NCBI GenBank assembly: GCA_947588605.1
Contig: CANPYK010000010.1
Coordinates: 3,082 to 67,081, forward strand
Length of the DNA stretch: 64,000 nt
Origin: an uncultured Oscillospiraceae bacterium
Lineage (GTDB): Bacteria > Bacillota > Clostridia > Oscillospirales > Oscillospiraceae
Direction of reading: 5' to 3'
A program made the position numbers and the translations under genes. The notes below the pieces were generated by a model, which made no database searches, had not been told where the DNA came from, and saw only the letters and a program-made list of their open reading frames with translations. This document shows positions 17,476-25,192 of the stretch, in pieces (within the stretch, counting starts at the first letter, position 1; every line of letters starts with the position of its first letter).

Positions 17476-19365
17476 ATGGAAAAATGGCTGGAAAGCGTCT
17501 ATTCCGACGGCACGGCGGCCTTCGTGAGCTCACCGTCCCCCAAAATGGGGGAGACGGTGACGGTGCGTCTGCGCCTTTTGGCGGACGCGCCGGCGACCGC
17601 CGTCTTTCTCCGCTCTCTCCACAACGGCTGTCAGGAGTTTACCCGGATGAAAAAAGCCGGGACCGCCCACGGCCTTGCCACTTTTGAGGCGAAGCTGAAG
17701 CTCACCGAGGCGCGTATCCGCTACCACTTCGTCCTGACCGACGGCCAGGGCGTCTACTACTACACCCAGCGTGGCGTCACTGCGTTCATCCCCGACGGGA
17801 CGTACGATTTCTCCCTTCTCACGGACTACGTCCAGCCGGCGTGGGTGAAGGACGCGGTGTTCTACCAGATCTTCCCGGACCGCTTTTGCAACGGCGACCC
17901 GTCCAACGACGTGCGGGACGGGGAATACACCGTGGACGGGCACCCCACCATCAAAATGCCCTCCTGGGACAATGAGCCCCTGGACTACGCCCACGGCCGG
18001 TGTCTCGATTTCTACGGCGGGGACCTCCGGGGCATCGAGGAGAAGCTGTCCTATCTGCGGGAGCTTGGCGTCACGGCGCTCTACTTAAACCCCATCTTCG
18101 CCGCCCCCTCGGTGCACAAATATGACTGCGTGGACTTCTTCCACGTGGACCCCCACTTCGGCGGGGACGAGGCGCTGGCAAGTCTCACGAAGGCCGCCCA
18201 TGAGCGGGGAATGCGGGTCATCCTGGACATCTCCATCAACCACACCGGCGCCGCCCACCGTTGGTTCAACCGGGACGGGGCCTTTTTCCCCAAGTCCGAG
18301 GGGGCGTTCAACAACCCGGAGAGCGTGGAGCGGAGCTACTACTTCTTCGACGCCAAGGGCCGGCCCCACTACTGGATGGGCGTGGAGAGCCTGCCCACGC
18401 TCAACTATACCTCCAATGCCTTGCGGGACATCATCTACCGTGGGCGGGACGCCGTCCTGCGCAAGTGGCTCAAGCCCCCCTACAGCATCGACGGCTGGCG
18501 CTTCGACGTGGCGGATACCTTCGCCCACCGGGACGACATCCAGCTGGCCCACGAGCTCTGGCCGGAGATCCGCCGCGCCATCCGGGAGGAAAACCCGGAG
18601 GGGTACGTTCTCGCGGAGGACTGGGGCGACTGCGCTGAGTATTTGCAGGGGAGCGAGTGGGATGCGCCCATGAACTACTTCGGCTGTGCCCGCCCCATCC
18701 GGTCCTTTTACGGCGAGCCGGACCACATGCAGGGCCGTGTGCCGGAGCTGCGCTCCCTCGCGCCGAAAATGACGGCGGAGGAGCTGAAAGCGCGCGTCAC
18801 CCAGCACCTTGCCAAGCTGCCCTGGGCCATCCAGGAGAACCAATTCAACCTCATCGACAGCCACGACATCCACCGCTTCCACAATAACCCCGCCATCACC
18901 CAGGAAAACTGGACCGCCGCCGCCGTCTTCCAGTTCATGCTCCCCGGCGCGGCCAGCATCTACTACGGCGACGAGGCGTCCGTCGGCGGGACCCTGGGCA
19001 CCAACGAGGGGTGCCGCTGGCCCATGCCCTGGGGGCGGGACTTTACGAAGACGGAAAATTACCGCGTCTACCGCGCGCTTGCCCACCTGAAGGCCGAGCA
19101 TCCGGCCCTCCGGCGCGGCGGGATGAAGTTCCTCGCCGCCCAGGGCGGCGTCCTGGTGCTGGCGCGCTTCACCCCCGACGAGGTCATCGCCGCCGCCCTT
19201 TCCAACGAGCCGGAGGACACGCGCTTGGACGTGGACTTTGCCCTTGTGGGCGCCAGGGGACCGGCCTCCGACCGGGACCTTCTGGGCCGGAGCATCGACT
19301 TTAACGACCGGGGTCTCCTTGTCCCGGCGGGCGGGTCGCTCCTTTTTTCCTGCGCGCTTGTGTGA
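17476..19365 (+). CDS. GH13 alpha-amylase family enzyme (neopullulanase/cyclomaltodextrinase-like)
   Basis: GH13 regions DISINHTG, GWRFDVAD, VLAEDWG and LIDSHD, plus an N-terminal amylase-N-like domain. An ATG at 17470 (ATGA overlap with malQ) is an alternative start. Confidence 0.85.
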   Translation: MEKWLESVYSDGTAAFVSSPSPKMGETVTVRLRLLADAPATAVFLRSLHNGCQEFTRMKKAGTAHGLATFEAKLKLTEARIRYHFVLTDGQGVYYYTQRGVTAFIPDGTYDFSLLTDYVQPAWVKDAVFYQIFPDRFCNGDPSNDVRDGEYTVDGHPTIKMPSWDNEPLDYAHGRCLDFYGGDLRGIEEKLSYLRELGVTALYLNPIFAAPSVHKYDCVDFFHVDPHFGGDEALASLTKAAHERGMRVILDISINHTGAAHRWFNRDGAFFPKSEGAFNNPESVERSYYFFDAKGRPHYWMGVESLPTLNYTSNALRDIIYRGRDAVLRKWLKPPYSIDGWRFDVADTFAHRDDIQLAHELWPEIRRAIREENPEGYVLAEDWGDCAEYLQGSEWDAPMNYFGCARPIRSFYGEPDHMQGRVPELRSLAPKMTAEELKARVTQHLAKLPWAIQENQFNLIDSHDIHRFHNNPAITQENWTAAAVFQFMLPGAASIYYGDEASVGGTLGTNEGCRWPMPWGRDFTKTENYRVYRALAHLKAEHPALRRGGMKFLAAQGGVLVLARFTPDEVIAAALSNEPEDTRLDVDFALVGARGPASDRDLLGRSIDFNDRGLLVPAGGSLLFSCALV

Positions 19366-19426
19366 CGCCCGGGAATGCGCGGCATAGAATGATTTAGACG
19401 CCTTGCGCGTCAAAAGTTTGAGGAAG

Positions 19427-19672
19427 ATGACCGTGCACACCTACACAGTGGGAAAAGGCGAGAGCGCCCAGTCGGTCAGCGAGAAATTCACCGTGAGCCT
19501 CGCCGCCCTCCTGAGGGAGAACCACACCCCCTTCTACGAGGGCCAGCAGATCACGGTCCCGGTGGGCATCCTGCATCTCCCCCCCAGCCCACCCCCCGCC
19601 GCCCGATTCTACCAGGTCCCGGACACCTCCATCCAGACCCGTCCGGACGCCGTCAATATAATTTTCCTATAA
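19427..19672 (+). CDS. Small LysM-domain protein
   Basis: YTVGKGESAQSVSEKFTVSLAALLRENHTPFYEGQQITVP fits the LysM pattern. Start is uncertain (a GTG at 19433 has better SD spacing). Confidence 0.55.
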   Translation: MTVHTYTVGKGESAQSVSEKFTVSLAALLRENHTPFYEGQQITVPVGILHLPPSPPPAARFYQVPDTSIQTRPDAVNIIFL

Positions 19673-19678
19673 CCCCAA

Positions 19679-19707
19679 GGAGCGGACGCCAGGCCCGCTC
19701 CTTTTTT
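19679..19707 (+). terminator. Rho-independent terminator after the LysM gene
   Basis: GGAGCGG-loop-CCGCTCC followed by TTTTTT. Confidence 0.75.
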
Positions 19708-19708
19708 G

Positions 19709-19758
19709 CCCCCTCCTCGCAGGAGGGGGGCAGGGGGGAAGCGAGCGCGGGATGACAG
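19709..19758 (+). repeat. Isolated copy of the hairpin-plus-tail repeat unit also present at 27676-27726
   Basis: CCCCCTCCTCGCAGGAGGGGGGCAGGGGGGAAGCGAGCGCGGGATGACAG compared with CCCCCTCCTCGTAGGAGGGGGGCAGGGGGGCAGCGAACGTAGGATGCCAG. Confidence 0.8.
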
Positions 19759-19795
19759 AGCAGTTGCGATTTTCCGCTATTTCCTCAAAAACCCC

Positions 19796-19825
19796 TTGAC
19801 ATCCCCCACTTCACAGGCTTAAAAT
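19796..19825 (+). promoter_or_regulatory. Candidate promoter of the ABC-2 operon
   Basis: TTGACA-18 nt-TAAAAT, about 175 nt upstream of the ATG at 20001. Confidence 0.55.
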
Positions 19826-20000
19826 ACACTTCCTTTTCGCTTTTTGCGGGGAGAGGGTATCTTATTTTGCGCGGGCTGGGTCGTTGCCGCCCGCGCAGGT
19901 ACGGATAAGACGCCTCCCGGCATCCTTAACGTCAAGAAGGTCCCCAATGCCTTCCGCTGACATGACCGAGACGGGACCATTCAGAAAAGGAGCGAAAACT

Positions 20001-20798
20001 ATGATCGAAATGAAAGGTGTGAACAAGACTTACCGGGTCCGGCGGCGGGAGGCGGGCCTGGGGAACGCGGTGAAAAGCCTCTTCTCCCGCGCTTATACCG
20101 AGATCCCGGCCCTCCGGGACATGACCTTCACCATCCCCGACGGGCAGATCGTGGGCTACATCGGCCCCAACGGGGCGGGGAAGAGCACCACGGTGAAGAT
20201 CCTCTCCGGCATCCTGCGGCCCGACAGCGGGACGTGCCTGGCGGACGGCCTCGTTCCCTGGGAGGACAGAAAGCGCCACGTGGCCCGGCTGGGGGTGGTA
20301 TTCGGACAGCGAAGCCAGCTTTGGTGGGACGTGCCGGTCATTGATTCCTTCGAGCTTCTGCGGGACATCTACCGGGTGCCGGAGGCGCGATACCGGGAGA
20401 ATCTGGACCGGCTGACGGAGCTTCTGGACCTTGCGGACCTTCTGAAAACCCCGGCGCGGATGCTCTCCCTGGGCCAGCGGATGCGGTGCGAGATCGCCTC
20501 CGCGCTTCTGCACTCGCCCCGGCTTCTCTTTCTGGACGAGCCCACCATCGGCCTCGACGCCGTGAGCAAGCTGAAGGTGCGGGAGTTCATTTTGGAGCAG
20601 AACCGGCAATGCGGCACCACGGTGATCCTCACCACCCACGACATGCAGGATGTGGACGCCCTGTGCTCCCGCGTCCTGCTCATCGGCAAGGGGCGGCTTC
20701 TGCTGGACGGCAGTACCGCCGAGATCCGCGCCATGGCGGGGGATAACCTCTCCACCGAGGAGTCAGTGGCGGACCTCTACCGCCGGTTCGGAATCTGA
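20001..20798 (+). CDS. ABC transporter ATP-binding protein (ABC-2 type system)
   Basis: Walker A GPNGAGKST, signature LSLGQRMR, Walker B LLFLDEPT. GGAG SD 8 nt before the ATG. Confidence 0.9.
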   Translation: MIEMKGVNKTYRVRRREAGLGNAVKSLFSRAYTEIPALRDMTFTIPDGQIVGYIGPNGAGKSTTVKILSGILRPDSGTCLADGLVPWEDRKRHVARLGVVFGQRSQLWWDVPVIDSFELLRDIYRVPEARYRENLDRLTELLDLADLLKTPARMLSLGQRMRCEIASALLHSPRLLFLDEPTIGLDAVSKLKVREFILEQNRQCGTTVILTTHDMQDVDALCSRVLLIGKGRLLLDGSTAEIRAMAGDNLSTEESVADLYRRFGI

Positions 20799-20807
20799 GG
20801 TGCGCCG

Positions 20808-21611
20808 ATGAAAAAATATCTGACCTTTTTCAGGATCCGCCTCCTGGCGGGACTTCAATACCGCGCGGCGGCGCTGGCGGGGCTCAGCACGCAGTTCGTC
20901 TGGGGGACCATGGAGGTCCTTATCTACCGCGTCCTCTGGCGGGAGCACCCGGAGCGGTTCCCCATGGGGCCGGAGGCGCTGGCGGCGTACATATGGCTCC
21001 AGCAGGCGTTTTTATCGCTCTTCGCCCTCTGGAATTGGGAGTGGGAGCTCATCGACTCCGTCAAAACCGGCGTCGTGGCCTATGAGCTGACGCGCCCCGC
21101 GGACCTCTACGGGATGTGGCTGGTCCGGACGCTGGCCACGCGGCTGAGCCGGGGGCTTTTGCGGGCGGCGCCCGTGATGGTGCTGGGGGCGCTGATCCCC
21201 GCGCCCTGGGGACTGCGGCTGCGCGTCTCCCCGGCGGACTTCGGGCTCTTTCTTGTGTCCACGTGCCTCATGCTGTTGGTGGTCTGCGCGTACAACCTTC
21301 TGGTCTGCGCCCTCACGTTCCACCTGACGGACCCCAACGGGGTGATGGTGGTGTCGGTGGCGGCGGCGGACCTTCTGGGCGGCGCCATCGTGCCCCTGCC
21401 GTTCCTGCCGGAGGGCCTGCGGAAATTCGCGGAGCTCACGCCCTTCGGGGCCATGCAGAACGTGCCCCTTCGTCTGTTCGGCGGGGACCTCACGGGCGCG
21501 GCCGCCTATCGGGCCATGGGCCTGCAGGTCTTCTGGGCGGCGGTACTGATCGCCGTGGGCTACGCCCTCCTTCGCGCCGGACTGCGCCGGGTGAGCGTGG
21601 CGGGAGGTTGA
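20808..21611 (+). CDS. ABC-2 family transporter permease
   Basis: 6-TM protein directly after the ATPase gene. Confidence 0.7.
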   Translation: MKKYLTFFRIRLLAGLQYRAAALAGLSTQFVWGTMEVLIYRVLWREHPERFPMGPEALAAYIWLQQAFLSLFALWNWEWELIDSVKTGVVAYELTRPADLYGMWLVRTLATRLSRGLLRAAPVMVLGALIPAPWGLRLRVSPADFGLFLVSTCLMLLVVCAYNLLVCALTFHLTDPNGVMVVSVAAADLLGGAIVPLPFLPEGLRKFAELTPFGAMQNVPLRLFGGDLTGAAAYRAMGLQVFWAAVLIAVGYALLRAGLRRVSVAGG

Positions 21612-21614
21612 GGG

Positions 21615-22388
21615 ATGAGACTCTATTTTAAATTCCTGGCGATCCATTTAAAGAGCGCCATGACCTACAAAACCTCCTTCTTCCTCAGCTGCCTGGGGCA
21701 TCTCTTCATCACGGGCAACACGTTCCTGGGGGTCGTTTTCCTCCTCCGGCGCTTTGACACGGTGGGCGGCTACACCCTGCCGGAGCTGGCGCTGTGCTAC
21801 GCCACGGTCCTGGCGGCCACGTCCCTGGCGGAGTGCTTCGCCCGCGGGTTCGACGCCTTCCCCAAAATCCTGCGGGAGGCCCAGTTCGACCGCATCCTGG
21901 CGCGGCCCCGGTCCCTGGTGCTCCAGATTTTGTGCCAGGACTTGAGGCCCACCATGCTTTCGCGGCTTCTTCAGGCCGCGGCGATGCTTATCTGGGCTGT
22001 CCACGCCGGGGCGGCGGACTGGACGGTAGGGCGGGCCGCCGTGCTGGCGCTGATGATCCTCTGCGGGGCGGCGGTCTTCTTCGGGCTCTTTCTCGTCTAC
22101 GCCGCCCTGTGCTTTTACACCCTGGAGGGGCTGGAGGTCATGAACATCTTCACCGACGGGGCGCGGGAGTACGGTAAGTACCCCTTCGGCGTCTACGGCA
22201 AGGGCGTTTTGTGGCTGCTGACACTGGCGGTGCCCCTGGCGCTCGTCCAGTATTGGCCCCTCCAGTACATTTTGGGCCGCGGCCCCGGCTGGTACGGCCT
22301 TTTGCCGCTGGTATCGCTGTTGTTTCTCGCGCCGTGCTTCTGTCTCTGGAGGCATGGCGTGCGGCATTATCGCTCCACCGGGTCTTGA
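21615..22388 (+). CDS. ABC-2 family transporter permease (second subunit)
   Basis: 6-TM protein, 3 nt after the previous permease gene. Confidence 0.7.
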   Translation: MRLYFKFLAIHLKSAMTYKTSFFLSCLGHLFITGNTFLGVVFLLRRFDTVGGYTLPELALCYATVLAATSLAECFARGFDAFPKILREAQFDRILARPRSLVLQILCQDLRPTMLSRLLQAAAMLIWAVHAGAADWTVGRAAVLALMILCGAAVFFGLFLVYAALCFYTLEGLEVMNIFTDGAREYGKYPFGVYGKGVLWLLTLAVPLALVQYWPLQYILGRGPGWYGLLPLVSLLFLAPCFCLWRHGVRHYRSTGS

Positions 22389-22438
22389 TTTCCTGCTAAA
22401 AACGTGGGATAATGGAAGAAAAAAACGGAGGCGATCCT

Positions 22439-23131
22439 ATGCCGGATATCCATCCCATCGACGCTATGACCTGGTCCTTTGAGGAGGGCGGGGTCAGGTT
22501 TTTCCTGCTCACCGGCCGCCAGCGCGCCCTGCTCATTGACAGCGGCATGGAGACGCGCAACGCCCGGGAGCTGGCCGGGGGACTGACGGATCTACCCCTG
22601 GAGCTTCTCAACACCCACGCCGACCGGGACCACATCGGTTCCAACGGGGAGTTTGAGCGCGTCTACATGAGCCCCGCCGAGGCGGTGAATTACTATAAGG
22701 GTAACGGCGGGACGGGCGAGATCGCGCCCCTCTGGGACGGGGACGTCCTGGACCTGGGGGACAGGCCCCTCAAAATCGTCGCCCTGCCGGGTCACACGCC
22801 GGGGAGCGTCGCCGTGCTGGATGTGAAGTACCGCCGCCTCTTCTCCGGCGACCCGGTGCAGACAGGGCGCATCTTCATGTTCGGCCCCCAGCGGGAGATG
22901 CACGCCTACATCCACTCTCTCCGGCGTCTGGAGGCCATGGCGGGGGAATTTGACCTGATCTACCCTTCCCACGCGGCCTGTCCCGTGACGCCCGCCATCA
23001 TCCCCCAACTCATCTCCGCCGCCGAAACTATCCTCTCCGGCCGCGCGGAGGGGAAAACGGAAACCGTCTTCGGCCGCCCCATCCGCGCCTACGATATGGG
23101 CGTCGCCACCTTCCTCTGCGACCCGGCATAA
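22439..23131 (+). CDS. MBL-fold metallo-hydrolase
   Basis: Metal-binding motif LLNTHADRDHIG and downstream ALPGHTPGS. GGAGG SD 8 nt upstream. Confidence 0.8.
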   Translation: MPDIHPIDAMTWSFEEGGVRFFLLTGRQRALLIDSGMETRNARELAGGLTDLPLELLNTHADRDHIGSNGEFERVYMSPAEAVNYYKGNGGTGEIAPLWDGDVLDLGDRPLKIVALPGHTPGSVAVLDVKYRRLFSGDPVQTGRIFMFGPQREMHAYIHSLRRLEAMAGEFDLIYPSHAACPVTPAIIPQLISAAETILSGRAEGKTETVFGRPIRAYDMGVATFLCDPA

Positions 23132-23209
23132 AATCCTCTTGCATGGGCAAAATAAGTGTTGCAATCTTATCACAACTATGATAAAATCATGTCCATAGGA
23201 GGTGAGACT

Positions 23210-23488
23210 ATGACGAATATTCGACCTGTATCGGACCTGCGCAACAACTTCGCGGAGATCTCGCGTCTGGTACACGATGGCAACGGCCCGGTGTTCCTGA
23301 CGAAAAACGGCTATGGCGACATGGTGGTCATGAGTGTGGAAGACTTTGATAACATTTCCCATGCGTATGAGGTCCATCATAAGATCGCGGCGGCCGAAAG
23401 GGAGGCAGAGAGAACAGAAAAGTGGTACACGCCCGAGGAGACGCTGAACGCCATGCGGGACGCGATGAGAGGTGACGCGGATGTATGA
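23210..23488 (+). CDS. Type II antitoxin, Phd/YefM family
   Basis: N-terminus MTNIRPVSDLRNNFAEISRLV...PVFLTKNGYGDMVVMS is typical of Phd/YefM. AGGAGG SD. Overlaps the toxin gene by 8 nt. Confidence 0.8.
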   Translation: MTNIRPVSDLRNNFAEISRLVHDGNGPVFLTKNGYGDMVVMSVEDFDNISHAYEVHHKIAAAEREAERTEKWYTPEETLNAMRDAMRGDADV

Positions 23489-23801
23489 GGTGAAGATCCT
23501 TCCGTCCGCCCACAGGGACCTTACCAGGATCGTGGGATATATGGTAAATGAACTGAAAAATCCCATCGCGGCGGACAAATTCTTTCATTCCGTTGAAAAG
23601 GGCCTTGAGCTATTGAAGACATATCCCAGCTCAAACCCGGTTTTCAGCACGGTCAAGCCAACAAAAAATGAGATACGAAGTCAGCTGATCGGCAACTACC
23701 TGCTGCTTTACAGCATTGGAGAAGCCGAAAAGACGGTCAGTGTCATCGCGGTGGTCTACGCGAAAAGGGATATTGATAACATCCTCGGGATAGAAGATTA
23801 G
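23481..23801 (+). CDS. Type II toxin, RelE/ParE family
   Basis: About 106 aa starting MYEVKILPSAHRDLTRIV, with ...YLLLYSI...VSVIAVVYAKRD. Coupled to the antitoxin gene. Confidence 0.75.
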   Translation: MYEVKILPSAHRDLTRIVGYMVNELKNPIAADKFFHSVEKGLELLKTYPSSNPVFSTVKPTKNEIRSQLIGNYLLLYSIGEAEKTVSVIAVVYAKRDIDNILGIED

Positions 23802-23807
23802 CGCATG

Positions 23808-23832
23808 CCCGGCCCCATGTGGGCCGGGTTTT
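23808..23832 (+). terminator. Rho-independent terminator after the RelE/ParE toxin gene
   Basis: CCCGGCCC-CATGT-GGGCCGGG followed by TTTT. Confidence 0.8.
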
Positions 23833-23859
23833 GACATTTCCCCCGATCTCGTGTATAAT
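23831..23859 (+). promoter_or_regulatory. Consensus sigma-A promoter for the GH13 gene
   Basis: TTGACA-17 nt-TATAAT immediately after the toxin-antitoxin terminator. Confidence 0.7.
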
Positions 23860-23895
23860 AGCATCATCTTTTCCCAACCTTCAAAGGAGGACATT

Positions 23896-25191
23896 ATGTG
23901 GTTTGACGAGGCCATTGTGTATCAGATCTACCCCCTCGGCATGTGCGGGGCCATGGAGGGCGAGGGGGCGCGGTGCCTGCGGGTGCCGGACTGGATCCCC
24001 CACATCAAGGCCCTGGGGTGCGATACGGTGCTTTTTAATCCCGTGTTTGAGAGCGACTGGCACGGATACGACACCCGGGATTATTTCAAAATCGACCGCC
24101 GGCTGGGGTCCGAGGAGGACTTCCGGCGGGTGTGCGGCGCATTGCATGAAAACGGCATCCGCGTGATGCTGGACGCGGTCTTGAACCACGTGGGCCGGGG
24201 CTTCTGGGCCTTTCAGGACCTCCGGGAACGTAAGTGGGACAGCCCCTACAAGGACTGGTTCCAGGTGAGCTTCGACGGCAATACCGGCTGGAACGACGGC
24301 TTTTGGTACAAGGGCTGGGAGGGCCACCAGGAGCTTCCCGAGCTCAATCTCTGGAACAACGACGTGGTGGAGCACCAGTTTGCCGCCATCCGGAGCTGGG
24401 TGGAGCGCTTCGGCATCGACGGCCTCCGTTTAGACGTGGCCTACTGCCTGCCCCAGGAATACTTAAAGCGCCTGCGGCAGTTTGCCAACAGCTTAAAGCC
24501 GGACTTTGTCCTCATGGGCGAGACGCTCCACGGGGACTACAACCGCTGGATGGGGGAGGAGCTTTGCCACTCGGTGACGAACTATGAGTGCTACAAGGGC
24601 CTCTGGTCCAGCCTCAACGACATGAACCTCTTTGAGATCGGCCACTCCCTGGCCCGCCAGTTCGGACCGGAGCCCTGGACGCTCTACAAGGGCCGGCATA
24701 TGCTGAGCTTCCTGGACAACCACGACGTGGAGCGCATCGCCACAAAGCTCCGGGACAAGCAGCAGCTCCCCGCCGCCTGGGGCCTTCTCTTCGGGATGCC
24801 GGGGGTGCCCTGTGTCTATTACGGCAGCGAATGGGGCCTCGAGGGGCGCAAATCTGACGGAGACCAGGCCCTCCGGCCCGACATCGCCGCGCCGGAGGAA
24901 AACGGGCTGACGGCCTTCATCGCAAAGCTCGCCGCCGCGCGGAAGGGAAGCCCCGCGCTTATCTACGGGACATACAGGAACCTGCAAATTCAAAATAAAT
25001 ATTTGGTTTTCGAAAGAGCCGTGGACGGCGAGCGCGTCATCGTGGCGGTCAACGCCTCCCCGGAGCCCCAGTGGGCCCACTTCGACGCCCGGGCGGGGCA
25101 GGGCGTGGACCTCATCACCGGGGAAATCCACGACTTCGGCGGCGGCAGTGAGCTTGCGCCGTACAGCGTACATTTCTGGAGGGCGCAGTGA
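23896..25191 (+). CDS. GH13 alpha-amylase family protein (catalytic domain)
   Basis: GH13 regions MLDAVLNHVG, GLRLDVAY, LMGETLHGD and FLDNHDVERI. GGAGG SD. Confidence 0.85.
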   Translation: MWFDEAIVYQIYPLGMCGAMEGEGARCLRVPDWIPHIKALGCDTVLFNPVFESDWHGYDTRDYFKIDRRLGSEEDFRRVCGALHENGIRVMLDAVLNHVGRGFWAFQDLRERKWDSPYKDWFQVSFDGNTGWNDGFWYKGWEGHQELPELNLWNNDVVEHQFAAIRSWVERFGIDGLRLDVAYCLPQEYLKRLRQFANSLKPDFVLMGETLHGDYNRWMGEELCHSVTNYECYKGLWSSLNDMNLFEIGHSLARQFGPEPWTLYKGRHMLSFLDNHDVERIATKLRDKQQLPAAWGLLFGMPGVPCVYYGSEWGLEGRKSDGDQALRPDIAAPEENGLTAFIAKLAAARKGSPALIYGTYRNLQIQNKYLVFERAVDGERVIVAVNASPEPQWAHFDARAGQGVDLITGEIHDFGGGSELAPYSVHFWRAQ

Positions 25192-25192
25192 C

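Noticed and set aside
19884-20000. N-terminal extension of the ABC ATPase ORF (track ORF starts at 19884)
   Set aside because: The extension is Arg/Pro/Ser-rich and lies upstream of a good SD and ATG at 20001. From that ATG the protein begins with the usual MIEMKGVNKTY ABC N-terminus.
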